Shown: positions 9,127-19,423 of the stretch, piece by piece
Numbering within the stretch: the first letter of the stretch is position 1
Layout of the letters: each line of letters opens with the position of its first letter
Made by a program: the position numbers and the translations under genes
Assembly: GCA_963665815.1 (NCBI GenBank)
Contig: OY762463.1
Location: 3,328,001 to 3,392,000, forward strand
Source of the DNA: Candidatus Cloacimonadales bacterium
GTDB lineage: Bacteria; Cloacimonadota; Cloacimonadia; Cloacimonadales; JAIOQZ01
Direction of reading: 5' to 3'
Length of the DNA: 64,000 nt
Notes under the pieces: generated by a model
What the model was told of the DNA's origin: nothing
Database searches by the model: none
The model's input: only the letters and a program-made list of their open reading frames with translations

Positions 9127-12100
9127 TTAGTTTAACTTCAAAGTTTTATTAACTTTTTGAGTATTTCTGTTGATTTTTGTTCTTCCACTTGATCTTGAAA
9201 AGATAGTAGTTGCAGTTGCAGAGTTATCAGGAACTTGAGAGTCCGGAGCACCGGCTGAGAAATGTGTTTTCCAAACAACATTATCAGCAGCAAGAACTGA
9301 ACTGTCAAAGTCGAGATCTTCTATATTATATCCATCAGGAGTACCACTTGTAAATGCAGCCTGCCATATTGTAGCATCATCAGCAATAATAGAACCATCT
9401 CCATTAATGTCACCAGGATACATAGCATAGACACCAGTCTCAACTTCGTATACAGGAGCAGGACCTGTTGAGTATGCATTAGCTGCATCTGAAGTGAAGT
9501 CAACAGCTGAAGCAGCTGTAGGATCAGCTGGTAATGTAGCGGCAACAGCACTCATAATATCAGAGTGGTTTCTGTGACGGAGAACTACAAAGTAGTCACC
9601 TGCAGTTGCAGTTGTGAAGTTAACGTAATCTACAGTATTATCTGTTTCGTAAGCAACGTCCACAATCATACCTGACATAAGAAGAAGTCCTGATCTTTGT
9701 TCGATTGTAGCACCGTCAGCTGTTTGACGAAGCTCTACGGAAATCCAGTCAACAACTTCAGTTGGCATAGCTGTAACAGCAATACCATCTGTGTAAGGTG
9801 ATGTTAAAGGAAGGAAACTGTTCAGTGTAGCATTCATTTCATCGACATCAGCAGAGTAGCAACCACCGAGGAATACGTTAACCTTAGCTTTTGCTGTTGG
9901 TGGTACGTATGTGTTTACACCGAAGTTATCGATGAAGAAGTCTGGACCGTATCCTGAATTACCAATAACTTGGAAGATCACTGTTTCTCCAAGATAAGTG
10001 TCAAGCGGGAACATTTCATTTGCATATGAACCTGGTGCTGTACTTTGAGCACCATCGTTTGATTCAAATGCTGTTCCGGTTAAATTCCAGAGCTCAGTCC
10101 AGTTTGCACCATTATCTGTTGAGATTTGTACGATACCCTGATCGTTAGGGTAAGATGCATTGTACTGATGTGACCAGTCGAAATACAGAGCATACATTCC
10201 TGTTGAAGGTAGTACAACAGGAGGAGTTGTCATAACTGCTGTTCCTGAATTCCAGCCCCAGAAGTTACAATATGCTGCTTCACTATTATATTGTCCCCAG
10301 GATCTGTCTCCTGAGAAGAACCAGTCTGTTGGTCCCCAAGTTGTGAATTCTTCTAACCACGGTAAAGTTGTGATTGTCGGGTCAGCTCTTACTGTAAATG
10401 ATTGCTCAGTACAACCGGTAGCAGGACCAACACCGTTTGCAGGAACAACCATCCAATAGTATGTTCCACCATATGTTAAGCCACTGTAATCATAGTAAGT
10501 AGTTGTAATAGTCATACCGTTAACTACGTCATAATTACCGGATGCTGTACCAAGGTATAAATTGTAATATGAAGCATAGTCTGCAGAATCCCAGTCAAGA
10601 GTACCAAATTCAATTTGGTCTATAGCTGCATCAGCTGGTGCAACATAAGTAGCACAATCTGGGGTTACAGCGATTGTGGAGAATGACCATTCAGGGCATC
10701 CTGTTGCATAGCCATTATTATTACCAGGTGTTACCATCCAGTAATATGTAGTACCAGGTGAAAGAAAGTAGTTACAAGAAGTACCTGTAACGGACATACC
10801 ATTCACGATATTATAGCTGCCAGTAGAAGTACCAATGTAGACTAAGTAATTACTTGTGTTGAATGTATCATCCCAGGATAATGTACCGCTGTCAAGTTGA
10901 TCAACGGCAACGTCTGCTGGAGCAGGATTAGCAGTACAGCTTGGTGGTAAAACATTATCAAATACGGCAAAATCGTCAATACCGATACTGCTTTGATCAG
11001 TAGTTGTACCAACAGCTCTGAATCTGAAAGTTGTTCCTGTGCTTGCATAAGCTGTTAAATCAACACTTACAGATTCCCATTGTCCATTAAGACCATAAGA
11101 TGTAACACCTTCATTCCAGCTTGATCCATCATATACATCAAGGTACAATGTAGACTGATCTTCAGTAGAACCTGCAGTTCCAAGCCAATACCAGAAGTTC
11201 AATGTTGGTGCACTCATTGTTGAAATGTCGAAAGGAGTTGTCTGAAGAGTTCCAACATTTACTGTTCCGTAAGGATTATTATCCGCAAATACGGCAAAGT
11301 TCCCTGAACCTGATGTGTGGTCTGCAGTTGGCCCACTTGTAGCTGCCCATGATTGAATTGTCCAGGTACCAGTACCTGCAAGAATTAACCAGTTAGGAGT
11401 TGTCTCAAAGTCAACATGATGAGGGAATGTAGAAATTGTTGGGTCTGCTCTTGTTGTAAAAGACCATTCAGGGCAACCTGTAGCTGAACCGAATGAATTA
11501 GCAGGTACAACCATCCAGTAATATGTTGATCCGTAATTTAAACCATTATAGGTAACAGAGGTCTGAGTTATAACTGTACCATTAATTATATCGTAGTTAC
11601 CTGCTGATGTTCCCATGTACAATGCATAAGATTCTGCTCCAACAGGTTCAGACCATGCAAGTGTTCCAAACTCAAGCACATCAGTACCCATATCAGAAGG
11701 ATTTTGTACAGAAGCACATGCAGGAGCTGTATCTCCATTAATAATCTGTACATTATCTACAAAGAAATCTGGACCATAACCACTAACAGCGTGAAATCTG
11801 AAATAAGCTGTTTGTCCGGCATAGCTGGCCAACGAATAGACCTCATTAGTAAATGATCCCGGAGCTGAAGATCCTGCTCCATCATTTGATTCGAATGCTG
11901 TATTGGCTAAGTTCCAAAGTTCTGTCCATGTTAATCCATCTGTCGAAATTTCAAGTATTCCCTGATCATCAGGATAATTTGAATCATACAGATGAGACCA
12001 GTCAAAAGCAAACAACCAGTTTCCTGTTGCAGGAATCTGAATTGGAGGAGTTGTCATGTAAGCATCGTTAGGCATTGACCAACTCCAGAAGTTAGCTTTT

Positions 12101-13131
12101 GCACATTCAACAACTGGATTAGTATTTGTATACTGGCTCCATGTTTGTGTTCCACCCAAAAGATTCCAGTTTGTTGGAGGCCAAGTTGTAAAGTCTTCCG
12201 TCCATGGCAATGTTGTTATTGTTGGGTCGTTTCTTACGGTAAATGAGAGTTCTGAACAACCTGTTGCTGTTCCATTTGCATTGCTTGGAGCAATAGACCA
12301 GTAATATGTTTGACCATAAGAAAGTCCTGAATAACCATAAGATGTCCCTGTCACAGTCATTCCACTTACAATGTCATAGTTTCCTGCTGAGGTTCCAATA
12401 TTTACTTCATAAGATGTTGCACCTGAAGCCATATCCCATGTCAAAAGTCCACTTTCCAATACATCTACTGAAGCATCTGTAGGTGTAAATGTAGTACAAC
12501 ATGGAGGTGGAGTTACATTGTTGACAATACTTACATCATCAAGATAAACGTAATAAGCATAATCACCAAAATATTTAAATCCAATATAAATATTTTGTCC
12601 ATTGTAAGCAGACAAATCCATTTCGTAACTTGCCCAGTCTGCTGAAAGTGTCATTTGTGTCCAGCCAGTAAAGGTTGTTACATCGCTGTTTGTTCCAACA
12701 GCAACATATAACTCTTCAGAAGCCCAACTGTACTCTTTTTTAAACCAGAAACTAAGTAATGGATTTGATAAACCTGTTAATGCAATCTCAGGTGTTCTTG
12801 CATATTCAGTATAGTCTCCAGCTGAATTGTAAGACGAGAATCTTAAAGAGGCTGTTCCAGCTGTTGTGTGGTTGTTACCAGTATCTTGAATAATTGCATT
12901 GGATGTAGCTGATTCAATAACTACCCAGTCTGCAGGAGGCCAGGTAGCTCCTTCAAAGTCTTCCGTCCAAGGGAAGGTTGTGATTGTTCTGTCAATTGTG
13001 ACAGGTGATGATACTAATCTTGTCGTGTTTTCAGTTACAACTTGTTCCGGTTGTTTCTGCAGTGTTGCAGATAAACTGAATGGTATGCAGATTAGCAGTA
13101 ATGATAATACAATAAAACTAATTTTTTTCAT
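9127..13131 (-). CDS. large secreted modular adhesin-like protein (cleaved-adhesin/MAM-like jelly rolls, Cys-paired FN3-like repeats, C-terminal dockerin-like module)
   Basis: Signal peptide; repeats 'TITTxPWxExF', 'YYWxVxPxN..G.ATGC.EWSF'; C-terminal VDWISVELR, LRHRNH, GDINGDGSI..DD and EDLDFDSSV..D. Confidence 0.8.
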   Translation of the reverse strand: MKKISFIVLSLLLICIPFSLSATLQKQPEQVVTENTTRLVSSPVTIDRTITTFPWTEDFEGATWPPADWVVIESATSNAIIQDTGNNHTTAGTASLRFSSYNSAGDYTEYARTPEIALTGLSNPLLSFWFKKEYSWASEELYVAVGTNSDVTTFTGWTQMTLSADWASYEMDLSAYNGQNIYIGFKYFGDYAYYVYLDDVSIVNNVTPPPCCTTFTPTDASVDVLESGLLTWDMASGATSYEVNIGTSAGNYDIVSGMTVTGTSYGYSGLSYGQTYYWSIAPSNANGTATGCSELSFTVRNDPTITTLPWTEDFTTWPPTNWNLLGGTQTWSQYTNTNPVVECAKANFWSWSMPNDAYMTTPPIQIPATGNWLFAFDWSHLYDSNYPDDQGILEISTDGLTWTELWNLANTAFESNDGAGSSAPGSFTNEVYSLASYAGQTAYFRFHAVSGYGPDFFVDNVQIINGDTAPACASVQNPSDMGTDVLEFGTLAWSEPVGAESYALYMGTSAGNYDIINGTVITQTSVTYNGLNYGSTYYWMVVPANSFGSATGCPEWSFTTRADPTISTFPHHVDFETTPNWLILAGTGTWTIQSWAATSGPTADHTSGSGNFAVFADNNPYGTVNVGTLQTTPFDISTMSAPTLNFWYWLGTAGSTEDQSTLYLDVYDGSSWNEGVTSYGLNGQWESVSVDLTAYASTGTTFRFRAVGTTTDQSSIGIDDFAVFDNVLPPSCTANPAPADVAVDQLDSGTLSWDDTFNTSNYLVYIGTSTGSYNIVNGMSVTGTSCNYFLSPGTTYYWMVTPGNNNGYATGCPEWSFSTIAVTPDCATYVAPADAAIDQIEFGTLDWDSADYASYYNLYLGTASGNYDVVNGMTITTTYYDYSGLTYGGTYYWMVVPANGVGPATGCTEQSFTVRADPTITTLPWLEEFTTWGPTDWFFSGDRSWGQYNSEAAYCNFWGWNSGTAVMTTPPVVLPSTGMYALYFDWSHQYNASYPNDQGIVQISTDNGANWTELWNLTGTAFESNDGAQSTAPGSYANEMFPLDTYLGETVIFQVIGNSGYGPDFFIDNFGVNTYVPPTAKAKVNVFLGGCYSADVDEMNATLNSFLPLTSPYTDGIAVTAMPTEVVDWISVELRQTADGATIEQRSGLLLMSGMIVDVAYETDNTVDYVNFTTATAGDYFVVLRHRNHSDIMSAVAATLPADPTAASAVDFTSDAANAYSTGPAPVYEVETGVYAMYPGDINGDGSIIADDATIWQAAFTSGTPDGYNIEDLDFDSSVLAADNVVWKTHFSAGAPDSQVPDNSATATTIFSRSSGRTKINRNTQKVNKTLKLN
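9207..9948. repeat. ~740 bp near-identical repeat, copy 1 (dockerin-like module coding region)
   Basis: Matches 15184-15925 at the same offset (5977) at start, middle and end check points. Confidence 0.9.
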
Positions 13132-13392
13132 ACTTTCTCCTTTATAATATTTGGGATTGGTTTGTTTTCATTGTGATAAATTTTCTTGCTTCATATATAG
13201 TTATATTTAAGGATAAAAATTGAATCATGTCAAATCTTTTATTCCGGGAAAGTAATAATTTTTTTTTAACTGGTATAGAACTTAAATTTTAACATGGTTT
13301 ATATGAGCAAAAGAGATTTAACTAAGGGAGTAAAAGGAGATTACTGACATTTATATTTATTGTTTAAGATTGATTGAAAAAGACATAAGAGC

Positions 13393-13426
13393 AAAAAAAA
13401 ACAGGCTGCGTAAGCAGCCTGTTTTT
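13393..13426 (-). terminator. intrinsic terminator after the cohesin-like/CTD gene
   Basis: AAAAACAGGCTGC-GTAA-GCAGCCTGTTTTT perfect hairpin with A/T runs. Confidence 0.85.
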
Positions 13427-13446
13427 ATAGTATCAAGTCGAATGAA

Positions 13447-15090
13447 TTATTTCATTAAGACCATTTTAGATGTTTTTGTGTAATCAGGAGTCACGAGTTT
13501 ATAGAAATAAACACCTGAACTTACGTTATTACCGCTTGCATCTTTTCCTTCCCAGATAACACTGTCAGTTTCTTTCACTTCTCTTTTGTCGAATAATGTT
13601 ACAACTTTTTGACCTTTGATGTTGTAAATTACGAGAGATGCATCAACTGTTTCACCAATTTGACCTTTAATTGAAAAATCGATTTTTGTTTTTGGGTTGA
13701 AAGGATTTGGGTAGTTTGATAAAAGATTAGTTGCTTCAACATATTCTGTAACACTTTTACCAATTGTAATTGTTTGTGGTCCGTAGAATCCACCTGTGTT
13801 ATTATCAGCTTGAACTACTTCAATCCAGTAGTAATATGTTTCATTAACAAGAACATCTTCATCTGTATGTTGATATTCCTGAGTTCCTGATGTATTAGTA
13901 GCAGCGATGAGCTGATTACTGTTGATTGGTTCTGCATCAGTAAGATCTGCTTTAAGGCTACGGAATAATTTGAATCCGATAAGATCTGTTTCTGATTTGG
14001 TTGACCATGTAATATTTACAAACTGATTAGCATCTTCTGAAAGATAGAAGCCTGCAAATTCAACAGGAAGTGATTGCCCAAGGCTGTTAGCACCAGGGTC
14101 AGCTGTATCTGGTGTTGTTGCCGGAGTCCAAACTGTAGGTGTTGTTTGAATTACACGTTCGTCGTTGTTAACAACAGGTGTTGTATCAATTGCCATACGT
14201 ACATCCGGGATGTTAAGTGCATATGCATATCCATTACCGATTTCTAATTGTGCATCACCTTGAACAAACAAAGTATACATGTTAAGTGATACTCCCCAGG
14301 CTGCTTCAAAAGTTGCCTGATCAGCACCGTTAGAGATAATAACTGCACCGTAAGCCGGAACTGTTCCTGAAAGTGCCACAGAAATAGCTGTTGTAACTTT
14401 TTCAATTGTTACGTTAGTAAGCTCTACTTCATCGCCTGTTACGTTTTTCACTTCGATAAATGCTGTTGTTTCTGCTTGACCAACAAGATTATCAGAAATC
14501 TCACTGAAGAAGAGTGAACCGTCTGTAGGTTCTACAGGACCTGTGCCACCAAGAACGATGTCATGATCGCCGAAGTATGTGCCGTTATCAACTGGAGATG
14601 CATCATATTGAGTAATCTGGTTTTGAACACCACTGATGTCCCATCTTAAGTTTGTATTTTGAGCAGCATCTGCTACGTCAAATACCATTACTGCACAATC
14701 TGTCCATACGTCACCGAGCATGTAGCACATCATAGGTGTGGTACTTACTCCATTATATACACCATTGATACCGCATTTAATGGCTGACATTTCTGCAGGT
14801 ACAAGTTGATAGATATCCATATCGAAAAATATATGATCTTCGATTGGACCAAGACTGTAAGATTCTGCATTGTTATAAGTAAGACAAGCATTGTTAAAAA
14901 GTATACGAAGGTTAAAGAAACCAACAGGAACATCTCCTGCATTTGATTTCACTTGTAGTTTTACTTTGTATTTTCCATTTGCTGCATCGTATCCCATGCC
15001 ATCTGCATCGTATACCATGTTATAGTCAATGGAAGCAAAAATTGTGCTTATTAATGTTAAAACAAACACTAAAGCTAATAATTTTTTCAT
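13447..15090 (-). CDS. secreted protein: cohesin-like N-domain, lamin-tail domain, LPVE Ig domain and FlgD-Ig/T9SS-like CTD
   Basis: Signal peptide; 'KVKLQVKS..VPVGFFNLRILFNNACLTY' beta-sandwich; LTD 'LFFSEI...FIEVKN'; 'SLPVEF'; 'NYPNPFNP...IYNIKGQKV...SGVYFYKL'. Confidence 0.7.
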   Translation of the reverse strand: MKKLLALVFVLTLISTIFASIDYNMVYDADGMGYDAANGKYKVKLQVKSNAGDVPVGFFNLRILFNNACLTYNNAESYSLGPIEDHIFFDMDIYQLVPAEMSAIKCGINGVYNGVSTTPMMCYMLGDVWTDCAVMVFDVADAAQNTNLRWDISGVQNQITQYDASPVDNGTYFGDHDIVLGGTGPVEPTDGSLFFSEISDNLVGQAETTAFIEVKNVTGDEVELTNVTIEKVTTAISVALSGTVPAYGAVIISNGADQATFEAAWGVSLNMYTLFVQGDAQLEIGNGYAYALNIPDVRMAIDTTPVVNNDERVIQTTPTVWTPATTPDTADPGANSLGQSLPVEFAGFYLSEDANQFVNITWSTKSETDLIGFKLFRSLKADLTDAEPINSNQLIAATNTSGTQEYQHTDEDVLVNETYYYWIEVVQADNNTGGFYGPQTITIGKSVTEYVEATNLLSNYPNPFNPKTKIDFSIKGQIGETVDASLVIYNIKGQKVVTLFDKREVKETDSVIWEGKDASGNNVSSGVYFYKLVTPDYTKTSKMVLMK

Positions 15091-15103
15091 ATCGACTCCT
15101 TTG

Positions 15104-18100
15104 TTATCTAGCTATGCGCTTAGATGTTTTTTGATTTGATAAGTTTTTTCTATTTATTCGAGTTTCTCTTTTACTGAATACGTTAGTTGCAGTTGCAGAG
15201 TTATCAGGAACTTGAGAGTCCGGAGCACCGGCTGAGAAATGTGTTTTCCAAACAACATTATCAGCAGCAAGAACTGAACTGTCAAAGTCGAGATCTTCTA
15301 CATTATATCCATCAGGAGTACCACTTGTAAATGCAGCTTGCCATATTGTAGCATCATCAGCAATAATAGAACCATCTCCATTAATGTCACCAGGATACAT
15401 AGCATAGACACCAGTCTCAGCTTCGTATACCGGAGCAGGACCTGTTGAGTATGCATTAGCTGCATCTGTAGTGAAATCAACAACTGTAGCAGTTGAAGCA
15501 TCAGCTGGTAATGTAGCAGCAACAGCACTCATAATATCAGAGTGGTTTCTGTGACGGAGAACTACAAAGTAGTCACCTGCGGCTGCAGTTGTGAAGTTAA
15601 CGTAATCTACAGTATTATCTGTTTCGTAAGCAACGTCCACAATCATACCTGAATCAAGAAGAAGTCCTGATCTCTGTTCGATTGTAGCACCGTCAGCTGT
15701 TTGACGAAGTTCAATGGAAATCCAGTCAACAACATCTGTAGGCATAGCTGTTACAGCAATACCGTCAGCGTAAGGTGATGTTGCAGGAAGGAATCCATTA
15801 ACAGCAGTGCTCATGTTGTCATTATCAACTGAGTAAGCTCCACCGAGGAATACGTTAACCTTAGCTTTTGCTGTTGGTGGTACGTATGTGTTTACACCGA
15901 AGTTATCGATGAAGAAGTCAGGACCATAGTCACAAATACCGTTAATTTTGATAACAACAGTTTGTCCAAGGTAGTCATCCATAGGAATTTCTACATTTTC
16001 AAAAGTTCCCGGTACCATGTTACCGCCACCATCGTTAGAATCAAAATCAGTGCCGGTGATATACCATACTTCATTCCAAGTAGATCCATTGTCTGTTGAC
16101 ACTTCAATTCTGCATCCATCTGCCGCATAATTTGAATTATACTGGTGAGACCAGTCAAAAGTGAGTGCCCACATACCTGAAGCAGGTAATTGAACTGGAG
16201 GTGTTGTCATTACAGCAAGAATATTTCTATTCCAGCTCCAGTAATTAGCTCTTGCACATTCAACTACAGGATCAGTGTTTGTATAATGGAACCAGTTTTC
16301 ATCACCTGAAAGTTCCCAGTTAGCTGGAGGCCATGAAGTAAATTCTTCAATCCATGGCATTGCAGTGATTGTTGGGTCTGCTCTTACAGTAAATGATTGT
16401 TCTGCACAACCTGTTGGAGTACCAACACTGTTTTCCGGAACTACCATCCAATAGTAAGTGTTATTAAAAGTCAAACCACTATAATCATATGAAGTAGTTG
16501 TTAAAGACATTCCATTAACAATATCATATGTTCCTGAAGTAGTTCCCATGTAAAGGTTATATGAACTTGCATAATCTGCAGGATACCATTCTAATGTTCC
16601 ATATTCCCAAACATTAGTTGCAGCATCTTCAGGATTTATGTAAGTTACACAGTCAGGTGTAGCAGCAATTGTACTGAATGTCCATTCAGGACAACCGGTT
16701 GCATCACCATAAGTATTTCCAGGTACAACTTTCCAGAAATATGATTGGGCAGGAGATAATGTATAATCGTAAGAAGTAGTTGTTACTGAAGCACCATTTA
16801 ATACATTGTAAGTATTGGCTGCTGTTCCGATATATACTTTATAGAAACTTGCATTAACATCTTCGTTCCAGCTCAGTGTACCTGAGTCAAGTTGATCAAC
16901 TGCTGCATCAGCAGGAGCGATAACAGTAGTACAGCTTGGTGGAACAGCATTGGAATAAATACTCATATCATCAACATAGATGTAATAATCTGAGCCAGGA
17001 GCATCGTACTTAAGTGCGATGTAGACTGTTTGTCCTTCATAAGCACTCAAGTTAACAATAGCTTCAGTCCATGCAACTTGAAGATCATCTGTGAAGTTTG
17101 TCCATGTGAATGATGTTGTATCTGTATCTGTTGTAGATACTCCGAGGTAAATCATGTCATCACCATATATTGAACTCAGATAATGCCAGAAAGAAACTGT
17201 TGGAGCAGCTACAGTAGAAAGGTCCACTGGAGGAGATATAAGATATTGTGCATATTCACCACTGGATGCATAAGAGTAAGAGGAAAATCTGATTGAGTTT
17301 GCTCCGCCATCTGTATGATTCTGTGATGTTGACATTGTTACAGGGTTAGTTGTAGGATCATCATCAATTATAGTCCAACCAGTTGGAGGAGTTCCGCTTT
17401 CAAGGTCCTCTGTCCAAGGGAAAGTACTGATTGTAGGATCATCCATTGTAGTAAATGACCACTCAGGGCAACCTGTTGCGTCTCCATGGGTATTTCCTGG
17501 AACAACTTTCCAGAAATATTCAGATGTATAGTCAAGTCCTGAATAATCATAAGAAGTTGCTGTAAGAGTAATTCCGCTTACGATATCATAGTTTCCTGTT
17601 GATGAACCAAGATATAAGTTATAATAGTCCGTTTGACCCGGATTATTCCAGCTGATAGTTCCAAATGTATTTAAACCTGTTTCCTGGTGAGCAGGAACCG
17701 GAGTAGTTGAACATGTTGGAGGGGTGCCAGCAGCATAAACTGTGAAATCATCAATACATATATCACTTTCATAACCGTCTGTACCCATAGCTCTTAATCT
17801 GAAAGTAACGGTTGTGAATCCTGAAAGATCAATTACTTGTTCTGTCCATTGAGGAGTATGTGTCCAACTTACAGGATACTCAGTCCAGGTTGAACCATCG
17901 TAAGTGTCCAGATAAAGAGTTGATTGATCTGCTGTACTTGCAGGTGAACCAATCCAGTACCAGAAAGATAATGTTGGGTTCGACATTCCTGAAACATCAA
18001 ATGGGGTAGTTGATATAAAAGCATTATCAGGATTAGGATAACTGTCATCAAAACCAAGATAGTTACCAGAACCGGTTGTATGATCACTGGTAGCGCCATA

Positions 18101-19423
18101 ACCAATAGATCCTGATTCAATTACCCAGTCATCAAGGTCATTTACGCTGTCATTAATCCAGTTTGTAGGAATTCCTGATTCAAAACCTGTAGAGTATGCG
18201 CCTGTTATGGTTGGGTCGTTTCTTGTTGTAAATGATTGTTCTGCACAAGTCATGTTCGGTCCAAGACCATTAACAGGAGTTACTTGCCAGAAATATTGAG
18301 AAGCATACGCTAAACCTGAATAACTATAAGATGTACTTGTAACAGTAGCATGATCGATTATATCATAGTTACCTGTTGATGTACCAAGTGATAATAAGTA
18401 CTCTGTTGCTGAGAATGAAGCATCCCATGAAAGAGTTACATTCTCTGATTGGTCTATAGCAGCATCAGCCGGAACAAGGTTTGCAGCGCAAGCAGGAGTT
18501 GTACTGAAGGTTGAAAAACTCCATTCAGGACACTCTGTAGCAGAGCCGTTTGCATTTACAGGAACGACTTTCCAGTAGTAGGTCATACCGAGTGTTGCAG
18601 TAAAGTCATGTGTTAAACCTGAAACTGATGTTCCGTTTTCAATGTTGTAGTTTCCTGTTGATTCTCCAAGATAAAGATCATAGCTTGCTGCGCCATCTGC
18701 AGTGTTCCATGAAAGAGTGATGTCTGTTAATAAATCAGTTTCACCATCTGTAGGAGAGTCTACAGTTGCACATGGAGGAGGAGTTAGGTTGTCATATACT
18801 TCAACATCATCAAGGTATACGTAATAAAGGTAATCTCCGTAATATTTGAATCCAATGTGAATTGTTTGACCGGCATAAGCAGATAAATCAAGTTCATAAG
18901 AGTTGAATTCAGTATTTGTAAGTATACTTGTAGCACTTACCCAGTTAGTATAATCCTGAACTGAGTCTGTAAGTGTTGTGGAAATACCAACATAAAGTTC
19001 TTCGGGGTCACTATTGTACTTTCGGGCCCAGAATCTTAATGTTGGGTTTGTAAGACCGGTAAGATCAATTTCCGGTGATCTTGCATATCTGTTATGGTCA
19101 GTGGAATGTGCCATTGATGAAAATCTCAATGAATAGGTTCCGGTTTTAGCTTGAGTGTCACTTTGTGTTGTAGGATTTACAGTTCCGTCCGGATTGTAGA
19201 TAATCCAATCAGTTGGAGGGAATGTAGCATCTTCAAAGCTTTCTACCCAAGGAAATGTTGTGATTGTTCTTTCTGTCACGATAGGTGACTGAATTGTTCT
19301 TGGAACAGCTACTCTGTTAACAGCTTGCTCAACAGGCTTTATGTCAATATCTGCTGCAAAAGCATTGGCTGACATACCAAGAATCAAGATGATAAATAAT
19401 GCAATGAAACTATTTTTGTTCAT
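15104..19423 (-). CDS. large secreted modular adhesin-like protein, paralogue of 9127..13131, with C-terminal dockerin-like module
   Basis: Same repeat types in a different order; same C-terminal module; 13 bp from the next gene, so likely co-transcribed. Confidence 0.8.
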   Translation of the reverse strand: MNKNSFIALFIILILGMSANAFAADIDIKPVEQAVNRVAVPRTIQSPIVTERTITTFPWVESFEDATFPPTDWIIYNPDGTVNPTTQSDTQAKTGTYSLRFSSMAHSTDHNRYARSPEIDLTGLTNPTLRFWARKYNSDPEELYVGISTTLTDSVQDYTNWVSATSILTNTEFNSYELDLSAYAGQTIHIGFKYYGDYLYYVYLDDVEVYDNLTPPPCATVDSPTDGETDLLTDITLSWNTADGAASYDLYLGESTGNYNIENGTSVSGLTHDFTATLGMTYYWKVVPVNANGSATECPEWSFSTFSTTPACAANLVPADAAIDQSENVTLSWDASFSATEYLLSLGTSTGNYDIIDHATVTSTSYSYSGLAYASQYFWQVTPVNGLGPNMTCAEQSFTTRNDPTITGAYSTGFESGIPTNWINDSVNDLDDWVIESGSIGYGATSDHTTGSGNYLGFDDSYPNPDNAFISTTPFDVSGMSNPTLSFWYWIGSPASTADQSTLYLDTYDGSTWTEYPVSWTHTPQWTEQVIDLSGFTTVTFRLRAMGTDGYESDICIDDFTVYAAGTPPTCSTTPVPAHQETGLNTFGTISWNNPGQTDYYNLYLGSSTGNYDIVSGITLTATSYDYSGLDYTSEYFWKVVPGNTHGDATGCPEWSFTTMDDPTISTFPWTEDLESGTPPTGWTIIDDDPTTNPVTMSTSQNHTDGGANSIRFSSYSYASSGEYAQYLISPPVDLSTVAAPTVSFWHYLSSIYGDDMIYLGVSTTDTDTTSFTWTNFTDDLQVAWTEAIVNLSAYEGQTVYIALKYDAPGSDYYIYVDDMSIYSNAVPPSCTTVIAPADAAVDQLDSGTLSWNEDVNASFYKVYIGTAANTYNVLNGASVTTTSYDYTLSPAQSYFWKVVPGNTYGDATGCPEWTFSTIAATPDCVTYINPEDAATNVWEYGTLEWYPADYASSYNLYMGTTSGTYDIVNGMSLTTTSYDYSGLTFNNTYYWMVVPENSVGTPTGCAEQSFTVRADPTITAMPWIEEFTSWPPANWELSGDENWFHYTNTDPVVECARANYWSWNRNILAVMTTPPVQLPASGMWALTFDWSHQYNSNYAADGCRIEVSTDNGSTWNEVWYITGTDFDSNDGGGNMVPGTFENVEIPMDDYLGQTVVIKINGICDYGPDFFIDNFGVNTYVPPTAKAKVNVFLGGAYSVDNDNMSTAVNGFLPATSPYADGIAVTAMPTDVVDWISIELRQTADGATIEQRSGLLLDSGMIVDVAYETDNTVDYVNFTTAAAGDYFVVLRHRNHSDIMSAVAATLPADASTATVVDFTTDAANAYSTGPAPVYEAETGVYAMYPGDINGDGSIIADDATIWQAAFTSGTPDGYNVEDLDFDSSVLAADNVVWKTHFSAGAPDSQVPDNSATATNVFSKRETRINRKNLSNQKTSKRIAR
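15184..15925. repeat. ~740 bp near-identical repeat, copy 2
   Basis: See 9207-9948. Confidence 0.9.

Noticed and set aside
9321-9551. Duplicated 76-aa alternative-frame ORFs (also 15298..15528) and other short antisense ORFs
   Set aside because: Shadow frames of real genes; the duplication simply follows the DNA repeat.
9207-15925. Diversity-generating retroelement template/variable repeat pair
   Set aside because: Both copies are coding, differences do not appear adenine-specific, and no reverse transcriptase is in the window.
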